The notes under the pieces were generated by a model that was not told where the DNA came from, searched no databases, and worked only from the letters and a program-made list of their open reading frames with translations. Below are positions 12,314 through 25,687 of a stretch of DNA of 64,000 nt, piece by piece. Within the stretch, counting starts at the first letter, position 1. Every line of letters starts with the position of its first letter. This DNA comes from Lytechinus pictus (Eukaryota): NCBI RefSeq assembly GCF_037042905.1, contig NC_087250.1, forward strand, positions 7,194,001 to 7,258,000, in the 5' to 3' direction. Both the position numbers and the translations under genes were made by a program.

Positions 12314-13787
12314 TTAGCTCTCCAGAGTGCTGATCAATTTGTATATCCTCTGCTGCATGTTACGTTTTACTAGGGGGCTGTTTTTCAGGGGCTTTAATTG
12401 TTTAACTAGCCCTGGAATATTTGATGTATGTTTCCGTGCAATCTGGGCAGGCTTTTTCCGCCCTTTCACGTTTGATAGAAATTTCACAATTTGGCCTTGG
12501 GAGAGGGGGCCTTGAGTCAATGGGAGTGCATCTTCCTTCGGGATATCTTCATCCGTTTGGGCATCTTCCCAAGTCATGGAGTCAGTGTCTGTAGATGAAT
12601 CTCCAACTGTGGAGGATGGGGTAGGAGGGATATTGGGGGTTTGGGAGTCAAGGACTTGTGTTAGGGTTGGAGAGTCTACGGTTTCGGTTTGGGAGGAGGG
12701 AGCTTTCCTGGCCACTTTCCGAAGAGGAGAGGGGGCCTTCAGTGTAGTAAGAGTAGTATTGTTTTCGTTTGATTCGGTTGTTAGTTGCTTACGTTTTGAA
12801 ACAACTTCAGAGAAAGTTCGGACAGGTGATGGGGGAGTTTTCCACACAGGCGAAGGGCACGCAGAAATAGATTTGGGGGGAGGGGACTTGGAGGACACGA
12901 CTATGGGCGTGGTAGTTGAATTGCTGGACGGTTGAGCAGGTGATGTCAGAGGTATGTGCAGTGGGGAGGATTGAGGCTTCCTAATGCGCGAGGGGGTGGC
13001 TGAGGTTGAAAGGGGCCCACGATCACGAGGTGGTAAACTAGGGAAATCAGAGGAGGTGGGTACAGGTGGGGGCATTGTAGTTGCCGCCAAGGGGGGAGGT
13101 GATGGTGGCATGGGGTCCGAAACCGTAGTGAGAGGCGGGGAGGATCCGCGCTGGCGCACTCTCGTGTCATTTGAAACTGGGGCAGCGTTTGTCTTTGACT
13201 GATTAGTATTTGTGCTTGTTTGAGGTTTCTTACAATTGCGGGAAATATGACCAAATTCACCACAGTTAAAACATCTAACTGACTCAGTTGAAATAAAAAC
13301 ACGATATTTCATACCTGAAAACACGAAATTAATGTTATCTGGAAGTGTTGTGTTAGGTTTCACTAATTAACACTTGAACGTGCCTTCTAAAACTCATAAT
13401 ATGGTTTAGACGTTTGTCTTTAAATCCTAGAGGTATTGGTTTGCAGTCGGACACAACTTTGCAAAAAGGTGCTAGATTTTCAGTCAAGACAGAATTCGGT
13501 AGTTCTGGGTATAAAATGACTCGAGTAGTGGGCCGTACAAGGGGGGTTAGTTCAAGAAAGGCCCCCTCATACTCAAGGCCTTGTTGTACAGCATTGATAA
13601 CAGCTTCTTTGGATTTTAGATACACAGCTATGCGACCATTAGAGATGCGAGAGGCAGATATTACGTCATTAGCGGGTATAGTTGTAGTAAAGATATTGAT
13701 ATAAGATTGTATCGTTACATTTTCAATAGCTTGAAAGCTTACACCATTGTGACGGGTGACATTTTTAAAATGTCCTACATTGTTTAA
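12314..13787 (-). pseudogene. Tx1 ORF1, major part (gag-like, CCHC knuckle, Pro/Ser-rich linker)
   Basis: VTRHNGV, SASRISNGRIAVYL, HIMSFRRHV, CFNCGEFGHISRNC; frameshift near 13360. Confidence 0.9.
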
Positions 13788-16700
13788 CTCTTACTATGCC
13801 ATGCCCAATACCCCTATAGTGCCAGGGATATTCGAGGGAATCCTAAATTGACCGAAACGTAAGCAGAGACCGATTTTAAAACGGTCATATCTCTTTACCC
13901 GTACGTTGTATAATGAAACCTTCTACATATGAAATGATGCATGGTTCATGAACTTTATGATCATGTTATGACCTTTCATATTTGCAATCGGAAAAATTGA
14001 GAAAAGATGAAATATTTTACATAGTTTTTTTTCAATAAGTAAAACCTAGAAAATTACGGTTTCATGAACATTTCAAAGAGTAAATAACCTGAGTAATTGT
14101 AGAGATACCAAAAAATTAAGAGGATAAAATTAAAGTTCAATGTTTACCCTTTCAAATGACGTATCTATTGATGAAATTGAGCAAACAGAAATATGAAAAA
14201 TAATGCTCTTTTTAATGAAATACTATTTTGCTATTCAAGTTATTTCCTCTGAAATGTGAGAGGGTTTATACACACGAAATAGAAACCGACCTTTCCAAAA
14301 AAGGGCATTGTCGTCGATCAAGTGACCAATCACAACACAGCTGCGATCCCCACGCAAACACACACAATAATATATTAGAGCCATGTATCTTCACAGTGCA
14401 GCCAACCGTACCCTTACATTCGTGTAGTCTTCAAAACAAGACCCTGTAATTTTTCAGAATGCGCGGTATTCCGAAACAACCGCTATGGGGGAAACAAAAT
14501 TATTAGCGCAGTGTAAATTTTATGTCATTTCAATTCTTGTCAATATTGTCGTAATGCAAAACATGTTTTTAGAAAAATCGTAACCTGGATACGATTTGTG
14601 GTGTGCGATGCACTCAACTATATACTGTTTTGGATAATGTAGGCGATTTCTATCCAGTGTCGGCAACAGACATTTGCGACCCTCTCAACTATCGATCAAA
14701 AGCATGAATCAGTGTAAAGTTTGGCCATATTTTGTCAGGGTCGATTCGTCGTACATACTATACGGGCTTTCGTACTGTAACAAAGTTATTGCCAGTCAGA
14801 AGGAGACAAAATATAGAAAACTAAAGATGATATATTGAAATATAGATAAAGAGGGATCGGACAGATTCAATACTAACGGGTTTGGGGTGTAAAATCCCAC
14901 AAAATAATATGGGCGTTTTTGGCAAAGTACACAGAACTAAGAAAAAATGTTTATTTTTCGTGAATCAAGAAGAGGAAATACAGATCAGTTACAAACTAAA
15001 AATAAATTCAATACAAATTTTCAAAAAGAAATTTTAGTTCTATTTGTTCTGTATTTGTGGTCTGACCCCCCCCCCTCGCCTTACAAAAAAGTGAGGTCAG
15101 GTGGAAATGTTTATGTTGATTTTTAGCCCTTTACAAAATTAAATGTATTTATTACAAAACATAATTCTAGCATAATATTCATACGTTATCATTATTACGT
15201 AAATAACTGATCTCACATCTCTCTTTCTCTCTCTCTCTCTTTCCATCTATCTATCTATCCATCTCTCGTAATCTCTGATCTCTCTCTCCTTTCTTTTTCA
15301 TGCCGTGTTTTTTTTTCACTTTTATTTTACTTTTATATCTTTGCATAGATTCTGTGCTTAAATGATAAACGATAATTTACAGTGAGCTAATGAATTATAA
15401 TGAGAGTAACAAAACTACTACTACTACTACTACTACTACACTACAACTACTTTTTACAGCAGTACAAAAACTGGGTGTCCTGGTCGGACAAATGAATCGC
15501 TTAAAATATTATGAACGTTGATATTTGTGAACACTCATTCTTAAACTGTCAAAAAATGTTAAGGTTGATCCGTTTTGAAGTAAGAGACCCCCCCCCCCCC
15601 CGGCTTCCAGGGTAACCAAAATTAAGATAAATATAATGAATAATTACGCAATTAGAATTTTGTGATTACAGTCATTATAAGACTGGTATTCTGACAATTT
15701 ACAGACTGTAATCTGGGCCAACTATGCATCTCGTACATGCCAAGGAATGGACAATACATGCCGGATATTCTTTTTCGTGTGGATAATATCATGCAATATG
15801 AATATGAAAATATAATGGCAATTTTAGACAAGAAAAGGGCCCCATTGCATATTATGTCTTTGAATAATTGATTATTTTCAAACTTTAGGCTTCATTCATT
15901 CCGCAAGCGAGCAAAGTAGCCACCTGTCTGATAGCGACTGCATTTTTATTGTTCATGCCACCAAGTCATGAACAATAGATGCCCAGACTCCCTTTCACGA
16001 GGAATGTCTAATCCGCACTCCCTCCTGACCTATTATCGAGGAGAGCAATTTAGCACAGGATGTTCATAGAAATCGGGCCACGCGCGCGTCTTTTGATTTG
16101 AATACTTTCAAAGGTTCCGATACGCACAATAGCTTTTCTCTCCGTTGAGATCAAGATTAAGATTCCTCCGTCTCTTTCCCCAACACCTTCCATTGACTTA
16201 TTGCCATTAAAGTACATAATTTTTATTCAAATATTTGTTTCGACTTTAAGACATTTAGCATCGACAATATACGTCAAATTTCCTGTAATCTAAATGATGA
16301 TGATGATAATGATAGGGATGATGGTAAAGATGGCATGGATAATGTCGAGAATGAGAACAAGAAATCACGGGGAAACAGCACACCTTGTAGCTGAAGCCTA
16401 TTTTGCATATTTAGAAATAAAGGATAAAGATAAGATTTATGATTGAAGAAATGTATAGGCTATATAATCCTTGACAAATCAAAAATACAGGAAATTGAAA
16501 GATAAAAGATGGAACATAAATAACGAAGCAATGGGGTTTGAAGGTAGAAATTACTAACAATTTGGAGAAATTTAGATCTTTATAATTTGTTGAACCTTAC
16601 GATTGTTTATTCAAATAATATGTTTGTAATGGATCATCTATCAGAAAAGTAAGATATTGCTTTCGACAATATCAGAAATTATATTTTCTACACCTCTTTA

Positions 16701-19527
16701 TTTGTGATATTTATAATTACCCCGTCATTAAAAATATCAATCTAGTAAGGATTAATTTTACTTCCCCTTCCCTGAAATAAAAATTAAATGGACATTATTT
16801 ACTGGTCAAATGATATATAAGTGACACCACTAAGTTTCTTTATACCGTGCATTGTCAATATTCATGCAGTAGGACTTATGCACAATCAACATACTCGATA
16901 TGTTAGTACAATTTACATTTCCAATTATTAAATTTGCTTGATATATTATTTTTTTTCCATTTAGTAGTAATCCAGTTTATGCTTCCCGATTTGCCATATG
17001 AGCTCAGCGTGTAGGGGAATATACCCATTATATTTTTGCTGGCAAAAAGGGAGAAACAAAAGAAAGTGGAACATCGGAAGAAATTATGCATTGATTGATA
17101 TAAATTATTTCTCGCTAATAAAACAAATGAGGAAGAATAAAAAGAAAACGCATTACGGAAAATGCATGACATTCACAGAATTTTGTAAATAAAAGATTAT
17201 GAAAAGTGCGTTTACTCGCTTGATTCGCTCACTCACACTTTTCTTTTTTTTTAAATCTTCCTTACACCCATCATATTTTTATTTCACCCTTGTCACATTG
17301 ACAACATATATTTTGTTGATGATCAAAATAATATTTAGGTTTCTTACCGTAACCGATGCAAATTTGATGTTTATTTTTTCCACCAAAATTGGTACGTAAT
17401 TTGGTGTTGTTATCAAATTTTACTGATCCATTTTTTTTTTTCATTTAGTAGTATATGATATCAGATTTGACATATGAGCTCAGCGTGTAGGGGAATTTAC
17501 CCATCATCGTTTTGCTGGCAAAAAGGGAGAAACAAAAGAAAGCGGATCATCGGAAGAAATGATACATTGATTAATATAAATTATATCCCGCTAATAAAAC
17601 AAATGATGAAGAATGGGGGAAAAAACGCATTGCGGAAAATGCATGACATTCACAGAATTTTGTAAATAAAAGATCATGAAAAGTGCGTTTACTCGCTTGA
17701 TTTGCTCACTCCCATTTTCTCTTTTTTTTCTTCCTTACACACATCATACTTTTTATTTCGCCCTTGCCACATTGACATCATATATTTTGTTGATGATCAA
17801 AATAATATTTAGGTTTCTTTCCGTAACCGATGCAAATTTGATGCTTATTTTTTCCACCAAACTTGGTACATTATTTGGTGTTGTTATCAATTTTGCTTGA
17901 TTCATTTTTTTCGTTTAGTAGTATATGATATCACATTTGACATAAGAGCTCAGCGTGTAGGGGAATTTACCCATCATCTTTTTGCTGGCATTGATTGCCC
18001 TTACACATTTTGTACACATTGCCTATTGACTTGGGGAAAAGCGAAGATTTTACAAAATAACACGACTTTTTCCTCGTAAATTTCTTAACTATTCTGTTGA
18101 TTTGAGAAGCGATACCTTTGTTTCTAGAAAGAAAAAATGTCTGCTCTTTCATATTTACATTTACTAAAAATCCTGAAAACACTTCAGTTTGGCGCAATTA
18201 GCAATTGATTCGGAAAACACCGCCACAGATCCAAATACCAGCAATGTACCAAAACGGCTCCGCCGCAGGGAGAGGTTAATTATCACTTTTTTTTGCTTCG
18301 TCCTATTTTATTCGAGGAGAAAATTGAACAATTCATATTTTTGTGAGAAGTTTGAATATGATATTAATAAGCGTAACAATATCAATAATTCTTTTTTTAT
18401 AATGGTAGGGCTATAAAAACACAAACGAATATGAACCATTATTTACCTGATCTTAAGTTTATAAAGAGAGAGTTTTGCTGCAGGAGAAATGCAATTAATA
18501 TGATTACAATCATTTTTATGACATAATATGTAATTATAATATTTATGACTGTTTTCACAAAATATTACTAAACTTTGAAATTCAATAACTTTGTTATTTG
18601 TTATCCGATTTTGATGAAATTTTCGGTATTTTGCTCAGTGAATTCTGCTTTGTATATAAAACTATAAATACTTTCAGCCGGGACCATCCCTTTTATACTA
18701 AAAAAGAAGGTGAAAGAGAAGAATAATGATAATAATAATTATAATAACAATAACAATAACAATAATGATAATAATAATTATAATAATAGTAATACTAATA
18801 ATGATAATATTAATAACAATAAGAAACGAATAAATAAATAATGAGTGTGATGATTGCAGTGCGCAGACGAGAGTTGGAAATGACAGGCTTCTTTACTCAT
18901 ATATTTATAACGAGAACAATTTTGTGACAATGCTAAAAACAATGTATAAGACCTTTCCCCCGCCCCCCCCCCCAAAAAAAAAATCCCCAAACAGTGCACA
19001 TTTGCAGGCAGAAAAAAGCCTTGACACAAGAATACTACCATACTGGCCTGCAAAAGACCCGATCGATAGCTCATGAATATTCATGTAACAATAGCGAATG
19101 GGCGAGTAGTGTTGGGTGAGGAACATCGTACCGCTCGGTCATTGGTCAATTCCGAGCTGAATGTCTTCACACATTCGCCGTTGCTCTGCCCATAGAAGTA
19201 CGTGTATTGCTACACACAACCGTTATATCACACGTGTCAATAGGGGAAATCTTGATTCAGATCGCGGCAATATCCGAAATCAACTCTTGAAAATAATGAT
19301 GCAAAAATACAATTTTACTCAAAAAATGTCTATGTAAACCACTATTTTTTATATGATAAAATGAATGGTGAATTCCTGGCCAGTATAACAACATAAAAAA
19401 CAGAAAATATGGTGTTGATTTTCTGGCTGTAAAATTGGTTTAAAAAAAAAAGTTCTCTGGGCACGCATACGTGCCAATGGCATTAGAGGGCTAAGGGCAC
19501 GTATAGCTGCCAACGGCATTTAAAGAG
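13788..19527. mobile_element. Non-autonomous piggyBac-like element of 5740 bp inserted in Tx1 ORF1
   Basis: TTAA at 13784-13787 and 19528-19531; imperfect TIRs CTCTTactATGCC and GGCATttaAAGAG; removing it with one TTAA restores the ORF1 frame; no transposase ORF seen. Confidence 0.85.
16925..17990. repeat. Tandem repeat, unit about 475 bp, about 2.2 copies
   Basis: Anchor GAGCTCAGCGTGTAGGGGAAT recurs at about 17000, 17476 and 17946 with alignable sequence between. Confidence 0.9.
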
Positions 19528-19597
19528 TTAACAAAGGGCCAGCTGCACTTGTGGTACGCTGGCCCTGTACACTACGTTGGTTTGCTTGACTGGCCAT
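19528..19597 (-). pseudogene. Tx1 ORF1, N-terminal 23 codons (MASQANQRSVQGQRTTSAAGPLL)
   Basis: ATG at 19597; joins in frame to 13783 across the TTAA site, giving ...GPLLNNVGHFKNVTRHNGV... Confidence 0.85.
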
Positions 19598-19807
19598 GTA
19601 CGAACCAGTCTAGAAACCTTACAAAAAATAACAGAAAATGTGTTTAAAAAACACTAAAATTGGTAAACCTGACGAAGGAGGATCGAGTCTATATCAATCT
19701 ATAACCCAACACAATTGTTATGGTACAAAAATCAAGGACCAAATGGTCATATAAATCAGTGAAAAACCAGAAAAACCGGAGCTCGAAAAAAAACACAACT
19801 ACCTCAC

Positions 19808-19809
19808 GA

Positions 19810-19884
<75 letters not shown>

Positions 19885-19931
19885 GAAAGAAAATTGGAAC
19901 GACGGGGGAATGGAAAGAGGAAAGATAAAAA

Positions 19932-19983
<52 letters not shown>

Positions 19984-20075
19984 GAGGAAATAAAATTGGA
20001 ACGAAGGAGGAATGGAAAGAAGAAAGCTAAAAAGAAGGAAGAAAGTAAGAAAGAAAGGAAGAAAGAAAGAAAGAA
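19808..20075. repeat. Compound (GAAA)n microsatellite
   Basis: GAAA arrays interrupted by two related AAATTGGAACGA..GGAATGGAAAGA blocks. Confidence 0.95.
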
Positions 20076-20320
20076 AAAAAAATTAAGCAGCACCCCCTAT
20101 AAAAAAAATCGTTTCCAGGGCCCTGATCCCCTAACATTTTTCATTTGCCCTCTATTTGATCCACACTATAAAAAAAAAAAAAAAAAAAACTTAGTGTTAC
20201 CACTGACAGCTGGGTTCCAATAATTTGAGCACAGCGATTGTTATGGACTTATTACACATAGGCGCCGACCGATAGGAGCTATGAAATATATTCAACTTTC
20301 AAGACAAACAAAATGATACA

Positions 20321-20503
20321 CAGGGGCCGCGGAACCGGGGGGGGGGCTGGGGGGGGGCTTCAGCCCCCCCCCCCCCCCACTTTTTTCCAAAACCGCGTAC
20401 ATAAACGTAAAATTTACCATATGATTGTGATTTTTAGCATGGTCAGCCCCCCCCACACTTTTGGCTCAGCCCCCCCCCCCCCCCCATTTTGAAAACCGTT
20501 CTG
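20321..20503. mobile_element. CAGGGGCCGCGG-family MITE, copy 2 (5-bp TSD)
   Basis: Left TIR intact; right TIR has an internal deletion (GTT[CCGCGGCCC]CTG); ATACA at 20316-20320 and 20504-20508. Confidence 0.85.
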
Positions 20504-20713
20504 ATACAGACATGTGTTTTGTTTTTGTTTTTTAAATATTACTGGGGAACGTTTTTCTTGGACGGACTGGTCGGATGTTTTATCCGGCGGTTACCACAGA
20601 AACAGTGCTTACTAATGAAAATTTTCAGATTTACAATTTACAATTTATTTACAATTTATCGGATTACAAAATGTTGAAACGTTCGCCAGATGTAAAAAAG
20701 GAAAGAATAACCC

Positions 20714-20858
20714 AGGGTCCATTGCATAATAAAAGTTAGTATTGTGGTAACTTTGCCAACCAATGGTAACTACCATGGTAACGCTGATCATCATCCAATC
20801 AAAATCAAGGATTCCATGCAAGTTTGATTGCATGGCAAACTTTTATGCAACGGGGCCC
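20714..20858. mobile_element. Small Harbinger-like MITE
   Basis: Imperfect TIRs GGGTCCATTGCATAA and TTATGCAACGGGGCCC; a related fragment lies at about 29055-29175. Confidence 0.6.
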
Positions 20859-21613
20859 AAGACCTTCAGGGCCACCATACAGACCTTCTCTCATAATACA
20901 AGGTCGATTAATTATTATGACTCGTCTGTCTTGTTGAGAGCTGGTAGAATGAGAAAACGTTTGTCACTGGCCGGATTGCAACGTAGATGGCGCGTTTCAT
21001 CAACCTATAACATGGTCAAGAAACAATATGCAGATTTTTTTCAATAAAAGAGGTTACATTTAGAACCGACAATATTTGGGAGGAATGACCCAAAATTTTG
21101 AAGGCTTTTTTTTTCAGATATGCCGTATCGAGCGAAAGTTTGTAAAAAAAAATGCGATAAAATTTGACATAATATTTATTAAATAATTTCATATTTCACC
21201 CTTCTCTCGGTTTAATTTCTTCTAGATTTTCGGATTTTTTTTTTTTTTTTTTTTTGGGGGGTCCATAGCCCCCAACACCCCCCCCCCCATCTGTAAGCCA
21301 GAGACGTTGAGATAGGAGATAGATAACCAGCGACAAAAAAGGCTGATGGGGGGATAAGAGATACCATCCCCAAGCTCGCTTGATGGCCCCTATATTTATT
21401 GCCATTATGAATGAACTAATAATTTATGAATATAAGTAATTTGCAAAACTTTGCAAAGTCGTGGGAAGCGACCGAGCCAAAAAATAGGTCCGAATTCTTA
21501 CAGGGCTAGGGGGTCCATGCACACTCTACAAGGATTTTCTTGTAGTGGATCCCTCCATTTTCTCAGATCTGTAAAATTTTTATGATAATTTGCCACTCCC
21601 CCCCCCCCCCCCC

Positions 21614-21840
21614 GGTGTTAAATGGGTACCCGGTAGGATGCGAAAGCCTATGTAGTATGCCTAGCAATTGAGTCTTAGAACTCTTGTTGGAATGCTCCCC
21701 AGGGAGTGGAGAAGGTGCATACATTGTATGCGGGCATGCAAGGATCCGATGACCGGGGTAATAATATATCTGTAAAGCGCTTAGAGACGTCGTTCCGATG
21801 TGTTAAGCGCTATATAAATGCGGAATATTATTATTATTAT
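21614..21840 (+). mobile_element. SINE core plus L2-type tail; head not recognisable
   Basis: GGTGTTAAATGGGTACCCGGTAGGA core, CCGGGGTAATAAT junction, AAGCGCTTAG...TAAGCGCTATATAAATG stem-loop tail, (TAT)n. Confidence 0.75.
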
Positions 21841-22810
21841 ACTATATACTTTGTTTTGAATACCTGTGGAAAAAAATATGATACATTGTACATACCTCAA
21901 TTTATATTGTATGTATACATTTTATTTGCAAATGTCATTGTAATTACTTTCGACCACTTTACTTTGTTCTGTTGAAAATAAAATAAAAACAACTTGAAAT
22001 TGAAAGCCCATGCATGGGCTAACTTGGCCTACCTTCGAGAAATGCAAACGTCCGTGGGCAGAGGCGTCGATCCTGGGGGGGGGGGGGCAAGGGGGCGATC
22101 GCCCCACCAATGAAAAGATTGGGGAGCAAACATATCGTTTTGCCCCCCCCCCTCCCCCAATAATTCCGCATGTGCAACTAAAAAATAAAATAAGATTGTA
22201 ATGCTACACTGAAATCAGCAAGCAAGATTAAGATACCAACTCGATTATGATTTAAAATCGTGCTCAAAATGTCTGCTTTTCAGATTGGAACTTGATATAA
22301 AAATTTTCAGCTCGCGCTTCGCGCTCGCATCATTTCTGTGAAACCCATACTTTTCATGATTAAATAGGTAAATAGAATGTCCCGTTTTCAGTTCTAAACC
22401 TCAAAAGAACTCTTGCTTCGATTTGCAATAATCTTTTTTTGGATGTATATCTTGTTCTTTATTAAAAGCGTCCATTAAACTGTCTTTTTTTTTCCAGATC
22501 GAAATATCAAAATTTTCAGCTCGCGCTTCGCGATCGCATCTATTGTTCTTCTAGATACTCATCTTAATCATTGGTACCAAAAATGCTTAGAATATTAAGC
22601 TTTCAGGTCAGAATATAAAGAAATTTCAGCTCGCTCGTTAGTGAGATACATGTATCTATCCTCCTCATGAGTTACTACAAACAAACATAAACAGGTACAT
22701 TTTTCCTGTTTTCATGTCATACTAAAAAATCTCAGCTCGCGCTTCGCGCTCGCATTGTTGGTGAGGGTGAGATATGTGTCTCTTTTTCATGAGTCATATA
22801 TGTATATATA

Positions 22811-23029
22811 TTATGTCTTCTTCATTTATATCATTATTATTTTAATTGAATTAATTATTTATTATTCATTAATTTATTATCTGTTCATTCATTAATGTGC
22901 AAAACAAACTTGAATGTTGTATCTCCTTATATTTTTCAGACGCTTCTGACGAAGTCTCAATTAAAAGACGAAAGCTAAAGCAAATAATGGTGTCCTGCGT
23001 CATCTGTTGAGTTGGCCTCGCCTCATCTC

Positions 23030-23032
<3 letters not shown>
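22811..23032 (+). mobile_element. Probable Penelope-like element terminal fragment between (TA)n tracts
   Basis: Contains a minimal hammerhead motif; bounded by TA repeats; short inverted tail CATCTCATTATA ... TATAATGAGATG across the (TA)n. Confidence 0.6.
22942..22981 (+). ncRNA. Minimal type I hammerhead ribozyme (Penelope type)
   Basis: GCTT-CTGACGA-A-GTCT-CAATTAAA-AGAC-GAAA-GC-TA-AAGC: stem I GCTT/AAGC, core CUGANGA and GAAA, stem II GTCT/AGAC, palindromic AGCT in place of stem III, UH site UA. Confidence 0.75.
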
Positions 23033-23081
<49 letters not shown>

Positions 23082-25687
23082 ATGAGATGCATATATATAT
23101 AATATAGGCCTATGTGCGTGTGGGGGTGTAGGGGTGTGTGTGGGTGAGTTTGTTCGTTTTGTGTGATCGAGCGCCTTTGGAACGTTGATTCATGATTTTG
23201 CCCCCCCCCCCATCTGAAAAATGGATCGACGCCCCTGTCCGTGGGCCAATGACATCAATATTAATGACGCGTTTTAGCCCATTAGCTAAGTTCCACCTTC
23301 GAGAATTCAGGCCAAGATGTGCAAACTTCTTTATCTTTCTTTAAGGAAAATCGGTTTCAAAGAAAAGAAAGACATGATTTATAAAGAAGGGCTCTCGATG
23401 ATGTCCCGTGCAGTAAACGTGGGGAAGTGGACTCATCTGGAGTCGCCCATGGTTGCATGACAATTTTTTTCCCAAAGAACCACAGAGATACCCCCGGGGC
23501 TGAAAATAATATAATCTAAATAGATAAAATAAAATCAGAAAGACAAAACAATGAAAACCTCATCAAAATTGTACAAATGATAACAAAGTTATGACATTTT
23601 TAAGTTTGGCATTATTTCCGTGAAAGAGTTAAAATGCACGTTCTCATGAATATGCAATGAGCAAGCTGATATTGTCAAATCCCCACTTATTCATCTTTTC
23701 TATTTTAGTATTTTTTATTTCTTCAATTTGTCCTCCGATCAAGAATTTAAAAAAACGGGGAACGACTCACTGCAACTTTTTTTAAAGGGAGATATATACA
23801 CACGTGCATGAAAATATGAAATATTTTTTTTGCGTTAGAATCAGATCTGACTTGTAACTCCCCCTTTTCTATCTGTTGCTGGAATTTATTGTAGCGGGGC
23901 TTTCCTCGAGGTATCCCCTTCTCTCTCTTTTTTTTTGTTCGACAAAATGGTTTATGTCAGTTTTTCTTTCTGCCTCATTTTTCAAATCACTGTTTATCAT
24001 ATCTGGGGTTGCCACGCAGTCAAGCTTAGCTTTTAGTGGCAACCCCTGCAACCTTTTTAAAATCGATATGTGTTAATAGAAAATGCAATTTTGTTCCAAG
24101 TTTTGCTTGTTAGTTTACGTATATTGCATTTTCTTTGCTAATGTGTTTTATGAAAAAGTGTTGCAGAAACTAAAAAATGAAAATGAAAATATTTTATAAG
24201 CATTGCCTTTAATTACTCGTATCATTTTTTATGTTGTACTTATTTTGAATCAGTCCAATTTTTTTATTATGTAGTTATGTTGATTTGTTTTGATAAAACA
24301 TAAAAAAATGAAATGCTTTTATGTCATGTTATTACATAAGAAAAGAGTAAAAGGAGATATAACTTCATCAGTCTACCTGTTGTATATTTTCTTGACGATG
24401 TGCAAACTGCTTTCACAAAATATTGCTTCACTTTAGAATTGAATGCATGTTAGATCACAAATTAAAAACTTAAAAAATCTTCAACTATGTTACTCTTTAA
24501 TAGATTTTTGTAAAACCTGCATTGATATTTTTCCCGGGTATTTCGTTATTTTTCTGTTTTTATTAACGAACTGCAAAAGAGTGAATTTTTTTAATCTGTC
24601 GGGAATTTGCAGTGAAAAGAGTGCCATCTCCAGTCCAAGTATAGTACACGTCGTCTTCAGGCGACTCCAAAGTTTTTAAGGTGTACTGAAACTTATTCTG
24701 TTTAGAGGGACAAAATAGATAGTTAATTCCTTTTATAATTATGCTTGGTAAATTTCCAATAAATGTTTATGGAGTCCTTGCAGGAATAATTTTGTTGTTG
24801 AAATCTGCTATATTTTTGTCAATGAACAAAGATATTCATCCCTCTTTATAGAATTTGTCTTACTGCCCCTATAAATTAGTGTACGTGACCATAAACAGAA
24901 TACCAAAATGGCGATCTTGTGAGAAGCGTTTCGTATCTAAGGAGACTGAAATGGTCAAAATTTCTGCTGAAATGGAGGTAAAGTTGACGATAATCCTCAT
25001 ATTTCGGAAGTTTAGTATTTGTGCATTTAAGTTAGCTTAATGATTCATCAATATATGTTAGATATATTTGAGATAACTTATATTTTACCTTTCAATGTGC
25101 AGCAGAGATTTTTATTTAATTTGCCCATTTTCGATGATCAGCACTGCGTTGCGCCTGCGGGGTGTTTAGCGTGTACATGGACAGTACGCGAGCGACCGGG
25201 TGAGTCACTGCAGCTAAAGCCGGCTAGCCAAGCCAAGGCAAAGCCGAGGACGGGTCCAGCTAGCTAACCAGCTTGAGCGGCGCAGAGCTGAGCCAAGGAA
25301 GGCCAACCTAGTCCTAACATAGTCATAGAAAGCTGGCAGCCGCGCCGTCTGTTTCAAGTAGTTTTTATTAAAAAAAAAAATCTCGTACACAGACGGTCGT
25401 GCAGCTGCCATAAATTATTATTGAACTGTGACCGAAAGGGTTGTTTATTTTGTACAATCACTACTCTGGTGTGGAACTTTTATTGCTGTTTTGGGGCTCT
25501 CCAGCTCGGTTTTTGGTGTGATATTATGAGCTAATGATATTATGAGCTAAAAATCAGCTAAATCTACATAGATAGACAGTACATGTACTGTACTATACTA
25601 TATATCTACTACTACTACTAGTTTTACGGCTTAGCTTCTACAGGGATTCTGAATTACGAATTGACCCCTTGAGTTTTAGAGCTTATC

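Larger units (their letters stand above)
22059..23237. mobile_element. Non-autonomous hAT-like element, 8-bp TSD
   Basis: TIRs CAGAGGCGTCGATCC and GGATCGACGCCCCTG; TCCGTGGG at 22051-22058 and 23238-23245; four internal CAGCTCGC(GCTTCGCGCTCGCAT) repeats. Confidence 0.92.

Noticed and set aside
19798..19806. TGAGGTAGT (let-7 5' end) on the minus strand
   Set aside because: Only 9 nt match, no precursor hairpin; it is the Tx1 5' end.
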